Part shown: piece after piece, positions 6,750-13,490 of the stretch
Layout of the letters: each line of letters opens with the position of its first letter
Position numbering within the stretch: the first letter of the stretch is position 1
IMG/VR virus record: IMGVR_UViG_3300045988_132224
Coordinates: 1-45,180 of that record
Reading direction: 5' to 3' (one strand)
DNA from: a virus
Length of the DNA: 45,180 nucleotides
The notes under the pieces: generated by a model
Databases searched by the model: none
Told to the model about the DNA's origin: nothing
Seen by the model: only the letters and a program-made list of their open reading frames with translations
Position numbers and translations under genes: made by a program

Positions 6750-7520
6750 ATGAAAGATATGAGCCATCCTTTACCTAAATCCCATATACTTGTAAAACGC
6801 TATAGAAAATTTGCAAATTTTCTCAAAATGACGAGTAACAAAAATTTCCAGCGATTTATGTTGTGGATTCAACACTATATACAGCTGAAGTTTAATGAAA
6901 AAGAATTCAAATCAACCTTTTTACCAAAATATGAAGAAGGACAAATTATTTTTGTTGATTTCGGCTGCGGTATATCTCATGAATTTAGCTATCCTCATTA
7001 TGCAGTTGTTTTAAACTTGCATGATCGCAAGAAAAGCAACTTGCTTACTGTAGTACCTATGACATCAAAAAAGCCCAAACACAAAATATTAAAGCCATGG
7101 GAACATGAATTACAGTGTACAGTTCCTGATTTATTAGCTATGAAAGCCATGTCTGAATTTGACTTACAAAAACCTGAGTACAAGGATTTGCGAAATGATG
7201 TTATCCAGTTATTTTTACAAAATACCACTAAAGAGGAATTTGACAAAAGGCATCATGAGCTTATCGAAAGAGGCGTACAGGCTATATACAATAACAACTA
7301 TGACATTATGAGTTTTAGAGAAAAAATGAAGCAAGGGAGTATCGTTGAAACAAATCAAATCCGCACAATCAGTAAGTCCAGGATAATATTCCCAACGAAA
7401 AAATTACATCCACTTTATGATATTAAAGTTGATAAGCAAGACTTGTCTATCATTAAGTGGAAAATAATGAAAAATATTGTCATAGATATTATTGACAAAC
7501 CTGATGAAGAGCGTATATAA
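6750..7520 (+). CDS. Oversized MazF/PemK-fold toxin-like protein (N-terminal extension and ~95-aa insertion)
   Basis: GQIIFVDFGCGISHEFSYPHYAVVLN...LLTVVPMTSKK and GSIVETNQIRTISKSRI match the two conserved MazF/PemK/EndoA blocks (compare [25 protein letters not shown] and DSVILLEQIRTIDKQRL). Confidence 0.65.
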   Translation: MKDMSHPLPKSHILVKRYRKFANFLKMTSNKNFQRFMLWIQHYIQLKFNEKEFKSTFLPKYEEGQIIFVDFGCGISHEFSYPHYAVVLNLHDRKKSNLLTVVPMTSKKPKHKILKPWEHELQCTVPDLLAMKAMSEFDLQKPEYKDLRNDVIQLFLQNTTKEEFDKRHHELIERGVQAIYNNNYDIMSFREKMKQGSIVETNQIRTISKSRIIFPTKKLHPLYDIKVDKQDLSIIKWKIMKNIVIDIIDKPDEERI

Positions 7521-7590
7521 TGGAACTACAAATTGGGCTGTGAATCCCAAAAAATATTTTCCATTATTGTCTCCATTCGGAGGCAAAAAG

Positions 7591-7619
7591 AAAGGCGCTC
7601 TATGCAGAGCGCCTTTTTT
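7591..7619 (+). terminator. Rho-independent terminator after the MazF-like gene
   Basis: aaaggcgctc-tatgca-gagcgccttt stem-loop followed by a T-run. Confidence 0.8.
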
Positions 7620-7644
7620 GATTGCGTATTTGTCTATAAAAAAA

Positions 7645-7706
7645 TCCCGGTACCGTGCTGGAACACGATACCGGGATATGCCGCAGGTGCTGGAACACCT
7701 ACGGCG
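7645..7706. other. Two tandem hairpins with identical CTGGAA loops
   Basis: tcccggtaccgtg-CTGGAA-cacgataccggga at 7645-7676 (13-bp stem, 1 mismatch). ccgcaggtg-CTGGAA-cacctacgg at 7681-7704. The first is followed by a T-run on the minus strand, so it can act as a minus-strand terminator. Confidence 0.55.
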
Positions 7707-7794
7707 CTGTAAATCTACACACACGACTACGGGGGCTGATTTACGCTATCAGTATATCACATCAGCCTCCCTTTACGCAAAGGAGGTTATTTTT

Positions 7795-8874
7795 ATGACC
7801 GATTTAACCTATCACTTCTCTTTCAGAGAAAAGGATCGCGGCTGGCAGGTCATCTTATCGTACAAAGACCAGGCGGGACGCTGGAAGCAGAAGTCACGCC
7901 AGGGTCTGGCCACCAAAAAGGCTGCCAAAGCCGCCGGCGAAAAGCTCCTGGTCGACGTACTCGATGCAATGAAGAGCCAGCCAATTGCGCCGGAGCTCGT
8001 CGACATCTCCCTGGCAGAATTTGCAGAATACGTTTTCCGCAGCCGCAACCTGACGTATAACTCCGTCCTGGCCTATCGCTACGCGCTGAAGAATTACGGC
8101 CCGAAGCTTCTGGCCATGCCGGTCCGTAAAATCACCTATCTAGACATCCAGCAGGCGATGAGCGCCTGGCAATGTGCTGATGCCAGCTACCAGCTCTATG
8201 TAACCTGCCTCAAGATGGTCCTGTCCTACGCTGTCGAGCCCTACCATCTCCGGCAGGATAACCCAGCCATCCACTTGAAGCCCAGGAAGCTGAACCGCCG
8301 GCACAAGATCCGGGCGCTGACGCAGACCGAATTTGACCAGCTTATGGGAAGCATGGAGACCCGTCCGATGAAATACTATGCCATGTGTGCCATTGCTGGA
8401 TATACCGGAATGCGAGTAGGCGAAATTATGGCCCTCACTTGGGATGACGTAGATCTAAAAGAGCGACAGATTAGTGTTACCAAGCAATACGGCCGTATTG
8501 CCCATAAGAAGCGCGGGATCATGAACATCAAAAACAAGGCCGCCGGGCATCGTGTCATCCCCATTCCCGTCAAACTGCAGCAAATCCTATTGGCCTATCG
8601 CCGTTCCGAGCCGCGGCAAATAAATGGGCAGCTATTCCCGCATAGCCAGTTCTATAAATCACTAGATGGATACATAAAGAAGATTGTCCCTGATGCATCT
8701 ATCCATAGTTTACGTCACACCTATGCAACGATGCTGCTGGCCAATGGCACCGACATCAAGACCGTGGCAGCGCTCCTCGGCGACACGGTTACCACGGTTT
8801 TAAATGTCTACGTGGATTATACAGACGACATGAGACGGAAAGCCGCGCAGTCAATTGAAAAAATTTTTGCGTAG
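7795..8874 (+). CDS. int: Tyrosine integrase (lysogeny integrase)
   Basis: SD AAAGGAGG precedes the ATG at 7795, and the upstream part of ORF 7492 is discounted. Motifs AGYTGMRVGEI, HSLRHTYATML and LNVYVDY match the R...HxxR...Y pattern. It sits next to the repressor module and putative attP. Confidence 0.9.
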   Translation: MTDLTYHFSFREKDRGWQVILSYKDQAGRWKQKSRQGLATKKAAKAAGEKLLVDVLDAMKSQPIAPELVDISLAEFAEYVFRSRNLTYNSVLAYRYALKNYGPKLLAMPVRKITYLDIQQAMSAWQCADASYQLYVTCLKMVLSYAVEPYHLRQDNPAIHLKPRKLNRRHKIRALTQTEFDQLMGSMETRPMKYYAMCAIAGYTGMRVGEIMALTWDDVDLKERQISVTKQYGRIAHKKRGIMNIKNKAAGHRVIPIPVKLQQILLAYRRSEPRQINGQLFPHSQFYKSLDGYIKKIVPDASIHSLRHTYATMLLANGTDIKTVAALLGDTVTTVLNVYVDYTDDMRRKAAQSIEKIFA

Positions 8875-9095
8875 AAATTTTTGACGAATTTTTGCCGTTT
8901 TAAGTAAGAATGGCTTAACCATGCGGCCTAATAGGCAAAATAGATTCAATACCACATTATACTGTGATTTGCGCCTGTTTTGCAACCATTTCACGTAAAT
9001 TTAGAAAAATAGCGAGTTTTGGTATTTCTAGTATAAAATGATTCATTTATTTTTACGTAGTTTTATTTCTTTTTTTTGACGAATTTTTGACGACA
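8860..9095. promoter_or_regulatory. Putative attP region with arm-type direct repeats
   Basis: TTTTTGACGAATTTTTG(C/A)CG occurs at 8878-8897 and 9073-9092. A shorter AATTTTTGCG copy lies at about 8863-8872. The intervening sequence is AT-rich, and the region is immediately 3' of int. Confidence 0.45.
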
Positions 9096-9112
9096 GGCTG
9101 ATGTGATACAGA

Positions 9113-9150
9113 AAAGTGGCGTCCACTCGCAATGGAATGGGCGCCATTTT
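9113..9150 (-). terminator. Terminator of the peptide/HTH unit
   Basis: On the minus strand: atggcgccc...gggcgccac-type stem followed by TTTTC. Confidence 0.5.
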
Positions 9151-9153
9151 TCT

Positions 9154-9357
9154 TTATTTCCCTGGCTCTGGCCCGTAAAGTCGCTCCATTCCTGCACGGG
9201 TTACAAGCCAAATCCGCCCGGCTTTTCTGGCCTCTGTAGGCAAAAATTTTGGCTTTGCTTTAGCATATCCGCTACAAGCCTGCTGTACTGTGATTGGGGC
9301 TTTCCCCCATTTTTCAGCAGCTTCTGCTGCGGTCATGACTTCTTCTAAACAATTCAT
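9154..9357 (-). CDS. Small HTH DNA-binding protein (Xis-like or autoregulator-like)
   Basis: The ATG at 9357 overlaps the TGA of the upstream peptide (TGATG). Motif TAAEAAEKWGKAPITVQQAC...GRIWLVTRAGMERL. Confidence 0.6.
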   Translation of the reverse strand: MNCLEEVMTAAEAAEKWGKAPITVQQACSGYAKAKPKFLPTEARKAGRIWLVTRAGMERLYGPEPGK

Positions 9358-9434
9358 CAAAACGCCCCCAGTGCTTTTAATAATGCAATGATTGAGATGA
9401 CTAACGCTACTAAACTAATATATATTGATTTCAT
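9357..9434 (-). CDS. 25-aa hydrophobic peptide MKSIYISLVALVISIIALLKALGAF
   Basis: Hand translation; below the ORF-track cut-off. Its stop is coupled to the HTH gene start. Confidence 0.45.
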   Translation of the reverse strand: MKSIYISLVALVISIIALLKALGAF

Positions 9435-9502
9435 TTTATCAGATGTGATATACTAACCCTAAGCAGGAAGCCCGCCCCTCTAGGAGGGGCAAGCTCTTTA
9501 GC

Positions 9503-9589
9503 TTAACGGGAAAAACCTTGTAGCAGCAATATGATTGCAGTCACTAGCTGAATTATTGCTGTTATAAGGTTTATTTTTTCGGGTTTCAC
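9503..9589 (-). CDS. 28-aa hydrophobic peptide MKPEKINLITAIIQLVTAIILLLQGFSR
   Basis: Hand translation. GTG start lies 8 nt after SD GGAGG. Followed by the GC hairpin gcccctc-tag-gaggggc (9474-9490). Confidence 0.45.
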   Translation of the reverse strand: MKPEKINLITAIIQLVTAIILLLQGFSR

Positions 9590-9616
9590 ATCTTTCACCT
9601 CCTTCTCTATGAGTAT

Positions 9617-9659
9617 ATTATACCTTAATTCCGGCTATTTGTCAATGTTTAAACATTGA
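9617..9659 (-). promoter_or_regulatory. Perfect consensus promoter TTGACA-17-TATAAT overlapped by an 18-bp perfect palindrome
   Basis: On the minus strand, TTGACA lies at 9645-9640 and TATAAT at 9622-9617, with a 17-nt spacer. The palindrome TCAATGTTTAAACATTGA lies at 9642-9659. Confidence 0.7.
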
Positions 9660-9678
9660 ATTGGTGGGGAAAATATAC

Positions 9679-9711
9679 CCGCAACCCTATTATTTACGTA
9701 GGATTGCGGGA
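9679..9711 (-). terminator. Terminator ending the late/lysis operon
   Basis: cccgcaa...ttgcggg stem, followed on the minus strand by TATATTTTCC. Confidence 0.6.
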
Positions 9712-9717
9712 TTTTTA

Positions 9718-10002
9718 TTAGTTATTTTCCGCTGTTGTACTCTTGCTCAGCACAAATTTAATGGCCCAAATCGTGCCATTAATCAAGAGCGGCAAAACAA
9801 ATTTATCACGGATAGCATTCCAGCCAGTTTCGGACGCGGCATGCGCCTGTACCTGTGTCACAAACTTATCCGCTACGGATTCAAGCGCGGTCATCCCTTC
9901 AGTGCTCAAGCTTTCAATGATCTGCTGTTTCGCAGATTCTACTACATCGCTTGCATCCAGTGCTGACAACACGCCGTCACGTACTTCTGTCCATTTACTC
10001 AT
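9718..10002 (-). CDS. Hypothetical protein distal to the endolysin (C-terminal hydrophobic segment)
   Basis: ORF track; starts 3 nt after the amidase stop. Contains FVLPLLINGTIWAIKFVL. Confidence 0.55.
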   Translation of the reverse strand: MSKWTEVRDGVLSALDASDVVESAKQQIIESLSTEGMTALESVADKFVTQVQAHAASETGWNAIRDKFVLPLLINGTIWAIKFVLSKSTTAENN

Positions 10003-10004
10003 AG

Positions 10005-10562
10005 CTAATTCCCTCCTAAAATTTTCTGTTCGTAATCGGTAATTCCGCGAGCTACAGCGCGGGCCAAATCATCTTGATTATTTGCCAAAATCGCTTCATC
10101 GCCGGGGTTAGAAATAAAGGCAAGCTCAACTAGTACCGCCGGCATATCTGTATTGGTCAAAACATATAACCCATTAACACCAGGGGTTGCAATTTTTACG
10201 CCTCGATCATTGGTATCAAGGGCATCGACCAGCTGGTTCTGGATGCAGTCTGCAAGCATACTGCCGCGATAGCTTCCGGCGCAGGCCCATGTTTCAGTGC
10301 CGTTGGCCTCTTCTGCGTCGGCAGCATTGCAGTGGATGGACACGAAGATGTCGGCATCGCTGGAATTGGCGGCTTCACAGATTTCTTCTAAGCTATCGGA
10401 CTGAAGCAACGCTGTTTCGACGCCGGCCGCATTCAGGTAACTTTCCGCAGATTGACCGACTGCCAAAGCGACATCGCACTCACGAAGACCAGTTGCATCG
10501 TTTACGGCGCCCGGATCCGGTTTTCCGCCAGGTGCATGGCCTGGATTCAAAAATACTTTCAT
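10005..10562 (-). CDS. N-acetylmuramoyl-L-alanine amidase endolysin (Amidase_3 type)
   Basis: MKVFLNPGHAPGG...IFVSIHCNA...VLVELAFISN motifs. The ATG at 10562 overlaps the holin stop (ATGA). The upstream part of ORF 10005..10712 is discounted. Confidence 0.85.
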   Translation of the reverse strand: MKVFLNPGHAPGGKPDPGAVNDATGLRECDVALAVGQSAESYLNAAGVETALLQSDSLEEICEAANSSDADIFVSIHCNAADAEEANGTETWACAGSYRGSMLADCIQNQLVDALDTNDRGVKIATPGVNGLYVLTNTDMPAVLVELAFISNPGDEAILANNQDDLARAVARGITDYEQKILGGN

Positions 10563-10747
10563 TTTTTCTCTTCTCCTTTCGTCTGGGTGGCGGACTTTAC
10601 GGTGCCGCCGATGTAACCGAGAAGCCCTGAAGCAATGGACATACCCAGCTCGTTCAAGGCATAAAAAATCGCCAGAATCAAGGCCGTTACCAGCCCGATA
10701 ATGACGAGACAATCTGCGATATTCACTTTTTCAAACATTTCTACCAC
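10559..10747 (-). CDS. Holin (two TM segments, charged C-terminus)
   Basis: 62 aa, with CLVIIGLVTALILAIFYAL and SIASGLLGYIGG segments and a KGEEKK tail. Lies immediately upstream of the amidase. Confidence 0.7.
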   Translation of the reverse strand: MVEMFEKVNIADCLVIIGLVTALILAIFYALNELGMSIASGLLGYIGGTVKSATQTKGEEKK

Positions 10748-10758
10748 CTACATACGCA

Positions 10759-10971
10759 CTACATACGCGACAATACGGATGTCAGCACAGACGAAAAAAT
10801 GCCCACAACTGTGACACTTGTCCCGAGTGTCCAGCAAATGTCATGTTTGAGATCATCGATTCGATGATGGGCCGATTTGCCGGCTTCGACGGCTTGGACG
10901 ACCTCACGATTGAGATTCGTCAGCTGCCGTTCTATCCTATCCAAGCGAGTCATTAATTCAGTATCATTCAT
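10759..10971 (-). CDS. XhlA-like lysis-associated membrane protein
   Basis: N-terminal coiled coil (LDRIERQLTNLNREV) plus a C-terminal TM, positioned before the holin as in PBSX xhlA-xhlB-xlyA. Confidence 0.6.
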   Translation of the reverse strand: MNDTELMTRLDRIERQLTNLNREVVQAVEAGKSAHHRIDDLKHDICWTLGTSVTVVGIFSSVLTSVLSRM

Positions 10972-11059
10972 ATAATCCTCCTTTATTCAAATAACATTCG
11001 TCTATAATAGGCGGAGGTCTTGCTGTCTTCGTCATGGCATATGGTATCCTTTCAGAGAG

Positions 11060-12094
11060 GTGATACTATTGAAACTACCAAATGGATTCGGCACGGTCTA
11101 CAAAATGCAAGGGAATCGTCGCCGTCCTTACGTGGCAAAGAAGACAATACAAGGGAAACAAAAGCCTATCGGCTATTTTGAAACATTCGAGGAGGCCATG
11201 GCCTGTCTCGTCGAGTATAATCGCGACCCTGCCTTGCTGAGTCCGAGCAAGACAACTTTTGCCGAGGTCTACGCGCTTTGGAAGGCCCAGCACTTCCCGC
11301 GCCTCCGAAGTGATTCTGCGCGCATCAGCTACAAAAATTCGTATCGTCATTGCTCCCGCCTCCATCAAATGATTTTCGTGGACATCCGGCTCGGCCACCT
11401 CGACCATGTCATTGACGATGTGCGTCATGCAGGCTGCGGATACCCAACGCAGAAGAAAGTCCGCTCTCTGCTCGAGCAGCTTTACAAGTACGCAATACGA
11501 TATGACCTGGTCGTCAAAGATTATGCCCGATATCTCGATATTGACCGACCTCGTAAACTGCACAAGAAAAAGCCGTTTACCGTCCGTCAGCGCAACCGCT
11601 TGTGGCGTGGCGTTGATGATGTGCCCGAAGCACGTCATGTCCTCATGCTCATATACTCGGGATGCCGTGTCGGTGAGTACCGTCATATCCGGAAGACTGA
11701 CGTCAAGCTGCGCCGTCGCGTCATCGTGATCCGGCACAGCAAGACCGATGCCGGTGCGGGCAGGCTTATCCCCATCCCTCGCAAGCTCATGCCATGGTAC
11801 GAGGAGGCTATGCAGACTCCCGGACTCTACATCTGCGGACGCGCAGATGGCAGCCGTCACAGCTACGACTCTTTCCGCCGCGCTATCTTTGACCCTGTCA
11901 TGCACCACTTCGGCATGTCGCATACGCCGCATGAGTGCCGCCACACGCTTGCCAGTATGCTTGACTCTGCCGATGTCAACCGCACCGTCATCAAGCTCAT
12001 CCTCGGACACAGCCTCGAAGGTGTGACCGAACGTGTCTACACGCATAAGAGCATCCGCGAATTGCTGAGAGCCATCGACAAGGTCTGTACTTGA
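11060..12094 (+). CDS. Second tyrosine recombinase (Arm-type N-terminal DNA-binding domain); candidate tail-fibre invertase
   Basis: LPNGFGTVYKMQGNRRRPYVAKK arm-binding-like N-terminus. Catalytic-pattern motifs SGCRVGEY, HECRHTLAS, LGHS and ERVYTH. The likely start is the TTG at 11069. Confidence 0.85.
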   Translation: MILLKLPNGFGTVYKMQGNRRRPYVAKKTIQGKQKPIGYFETFEEAMACLVEYNRDPALLSPSKTTFAEVYALWKAQHFPRLRSDSARISYKNSYRHCSRLHQMIFVDIRLGHLDHVIDDVRHAGCGYPTQKKVRSLLEQLYKYAIRYDLVVKDYARYLDIDRPRKLHKKKPFTVRQRNRLWRGVDDVPEARHVLMLIYSGCRVGEYRHIRKTDVKLRRRVIVIRHSKTDAGAGRLIPIPRKLMPWYEEAMQTPGLYICGRADGSRHSYDSFRRAIFDPVMHHFGMSHTPHECRHTLASMLDSADVNRTVIKLILGHSLEGVTERVYTHKSIRELLRAIDKVCT

Positions 12095-12190
12095 CGTATG
12101 CTTAACCGATATATGCACTCGCGTGATATTCCTTGCCATGACTGCGCCGTCCTGTGCTTAACCTGTCATTACGATTTCGCACGATTTACA

Positions 12191-12231
12191 AGAGCCGCTA
12201 ACCCCTTACGCCACAAGGGCTTGGCGGCTCT
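12191..12231. terminator. Long hairpin between the convergent recombinase and zinc-ribbon genes
   Basis: agagccgc...gcggctct outer stem with an inner ccctt/aaggg stem. Confidence 0.5.
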
Positions 12232-12266
12232 TTGCGTCAGATGCAACGCACGATTCCCGCACGATT

Positions 12267-12449
12267 TTATTTGTCAGTGTCCGACTGACCAGAATCCCCG
12301 TCAGCCGTTGCCTTGCCTTCCTCGGCAGCTTTTTCGGTGTCATGCGTCTGCGTCCGGATATAATCCGCACATTTTTCATTTCGGCACCAGCCTTCAGCAT
12401 CCAATTTATGCCCGCAGAATGGGCAACGTTTTGCTCTTGCCATAATCAT
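12267..12449 (-). CDS. Small zinc-ribbon protein
   Basis: CPFCGHKLDAEGWCRNEKC motif. ATGA overlap with the upstream gene. Confidence 0.55.
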   Translation of the reverse strand: MIMARAKRCPFCGHKLDAEGWCRNEKCADYIRTQTHDTEKAAEEGKATADGDSGQSDTDK

Positions 12450-12859
12450 TCAGCTCCTTTCAATGCAGCTTCATACTCGGCCTTAACTTCTGCATACTCT
12501 GATTTCAGCTCGGCAATCAAAGACTCATCGCCAGCCAGCGTAGCAGTCGCAAGTGCATCTTTGAGCTCACTAATCTGCGACTCATAATCCGCCGCAATCG
12601 ACGCCTGCTTCTGCTCCGTCGTCACAATAATTGCCGGTGCATCAGTCGGCTTGCCATCCGCGCCGCGAATATAGCCCGTACCATTAGCGCCCGTGCCGCG
12701 ATTACCAACATAGTACGCATAATCATCATCCGATGTTTCGATGTATCCGTCATCGAGATACTTCTGCTTTTCTTCTGCTGTCGAAAAATGAATGCCGTCT
12801 GCAACGGTCGCAATGCGATTACCGTCAAAATCAAATTTGCATAAATACATAAAAATCAT
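12446..12859 (-). CDS. Tail-fibre-associated hypothetical protein (XkdW-position gene); start possibly 12850
   Basis: ORF track. Lies between the tail fibre and lysis genes, as XkdW/XkdX do in PBSX-like elements. Confidence 0.55.
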   Translation of the reverse strand: MIFMYLCKFDFDGNRIATVADGIHFSTAEEKQKYLDDGYIETSDDDYAYYVGNRGTGANGTGYIRGADGKPTDAPAIIVTTEQKQASIAADYESQISELKDALATATLAGDESLIAELKSEYAEVKAEYEAALKGAE

Positions 12860-12877
12860 CCTTTCTTAATTTAATTT

Positions 12878-12889
12878 ACAGTGGGGAAG
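12878..12889 (+). repeat. Crossover site S1: ACAGTGGGGAAG
   Basis: Read directly; one of four copies of this motif. Confidence 0.8.
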
Positions 12890-13079
12890 TAACCGCTATG
12901 GATGGGTGGCTTTTCCGGTGGCTTTCGCTCAGTTTCGTAAGCTTGTGACCAACCACCAAGGCGTGTCGTGGATGCAGTCACAGGCCCGAGAATCGGTCAC
13001 GCTTGCTGGGTTTACGTTAGACGTAGGGGATAATAATAAACAAGACTGCGATGCCCAATGGATCGCCATTGGGCAATAG
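12879..13079 (+). other. Silent tail-fibre tip cassette A (66 codons, no start codon)
   Basis: QWGSNRYGWVAFPVAFAQFRKLVTNHQGVSWMQSQARESVTLAGFTLDVGDNNKQDCDAQWIAIGQ*. Its stop directly abuts S2. Confidence 0.7.
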
Positions 13080-13091
13080 ACAGTGGGGAAA
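13080..13091 (+). repeat. Crossover site S2: ACAGTGGGGAAA
   Basis: Read directly. Confidence 0.8.
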
Positions 13092-13323
13092 TGCTAGTAT
13101 CAATGACGGTAGGACATACGGCGATTTCTTACTACCGATTTCGGTATCTGATGTTCTGGCCGTATTTGCCCTCGATTATGATAACAGCTCAACAAATGGG
13201 ACAACGATTGGCGATTACTATACAGTGACTTATAAGCCATCATTTTCGAATGGCTCGAGATTACGATTTGTAACTAAAGGGGTATCGATAGGCGGATTTT
13301 GCGTTTTTGTTATTTGCAAATAG
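13081..13323 (+). other. Silent tail-fibre tip cassette B (80 codons)
   Basis: QWGNASINDGRTYGDFLLPISVSDVLAVFALDYDNSSTNGTTIGDYYTVTYKPSFSNGSRLRFVTKGVSIGGFCVFVICK*. This is the distal part of ORF 13051..13323. Confidence 0.7.
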
Positions 13324-13489
13324 CGATATAAAATATCACATACTCATTACTTGTACCTAACCATTTATTGGTTTTCAAAGAATAGGTCTCTGGTCGCGTG
13401 GATAAGCCTTCGTGCATCCCGACGATAGCTATTAAATTCGCTGCTATCGGCAGGATAAGATTTTTATTTTCAGTGCTTCTTCCCCACTG
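13310..13489 (-). other. Silent tail-fibre tip cassette C (59 codons)
   Basis: QWGRSTENKNLILPIAANLIAIVGMHEGLSTRPETYSLKTNKWLGTSNEYVIFYIAICK*. It starts at S3 directly after the expressed gene's stop. Confidence 0.7.
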
Positions 13490-13490
13490 T
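13479..13490 (-). repeat. Crossover site S3: ACAGTGGGGAAG (minus strand)
   Basis: cttccccactgt on the plus strand, immediately 3' of the tail-fibre stop codon. Confidence 0.8.

Noticed and set aside
7492-7794. 5' extension of the integrase ORF (460-aa version)
   Set aside because: It runs through a terminator and two hairpins. A strong SD (AAAGGAGG) precedes the ATG at 7795, giving a normal 359-aa integrase.
11075-12139. 354-aa ORF on the minus strand covering the whole second recombinase gene
   Set aside because: It is a shadow ORF antisense to a gene with clear tyrosine-recombinase motifs. The sequence is Ala/Arg/Val-rich with no recognisable motif, no SD and no operon partner.
13051-13323. 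90-aa ORF treated as an independent plus-strand gene
   Set aside because: It has no SD or promoter. Its first 10 codons overlap the end of cassette A in another frame. From codon 11 (QWG at site S2) onward it parallels the tail-fibre C-terminus, so it is better explained as a silent cassette.
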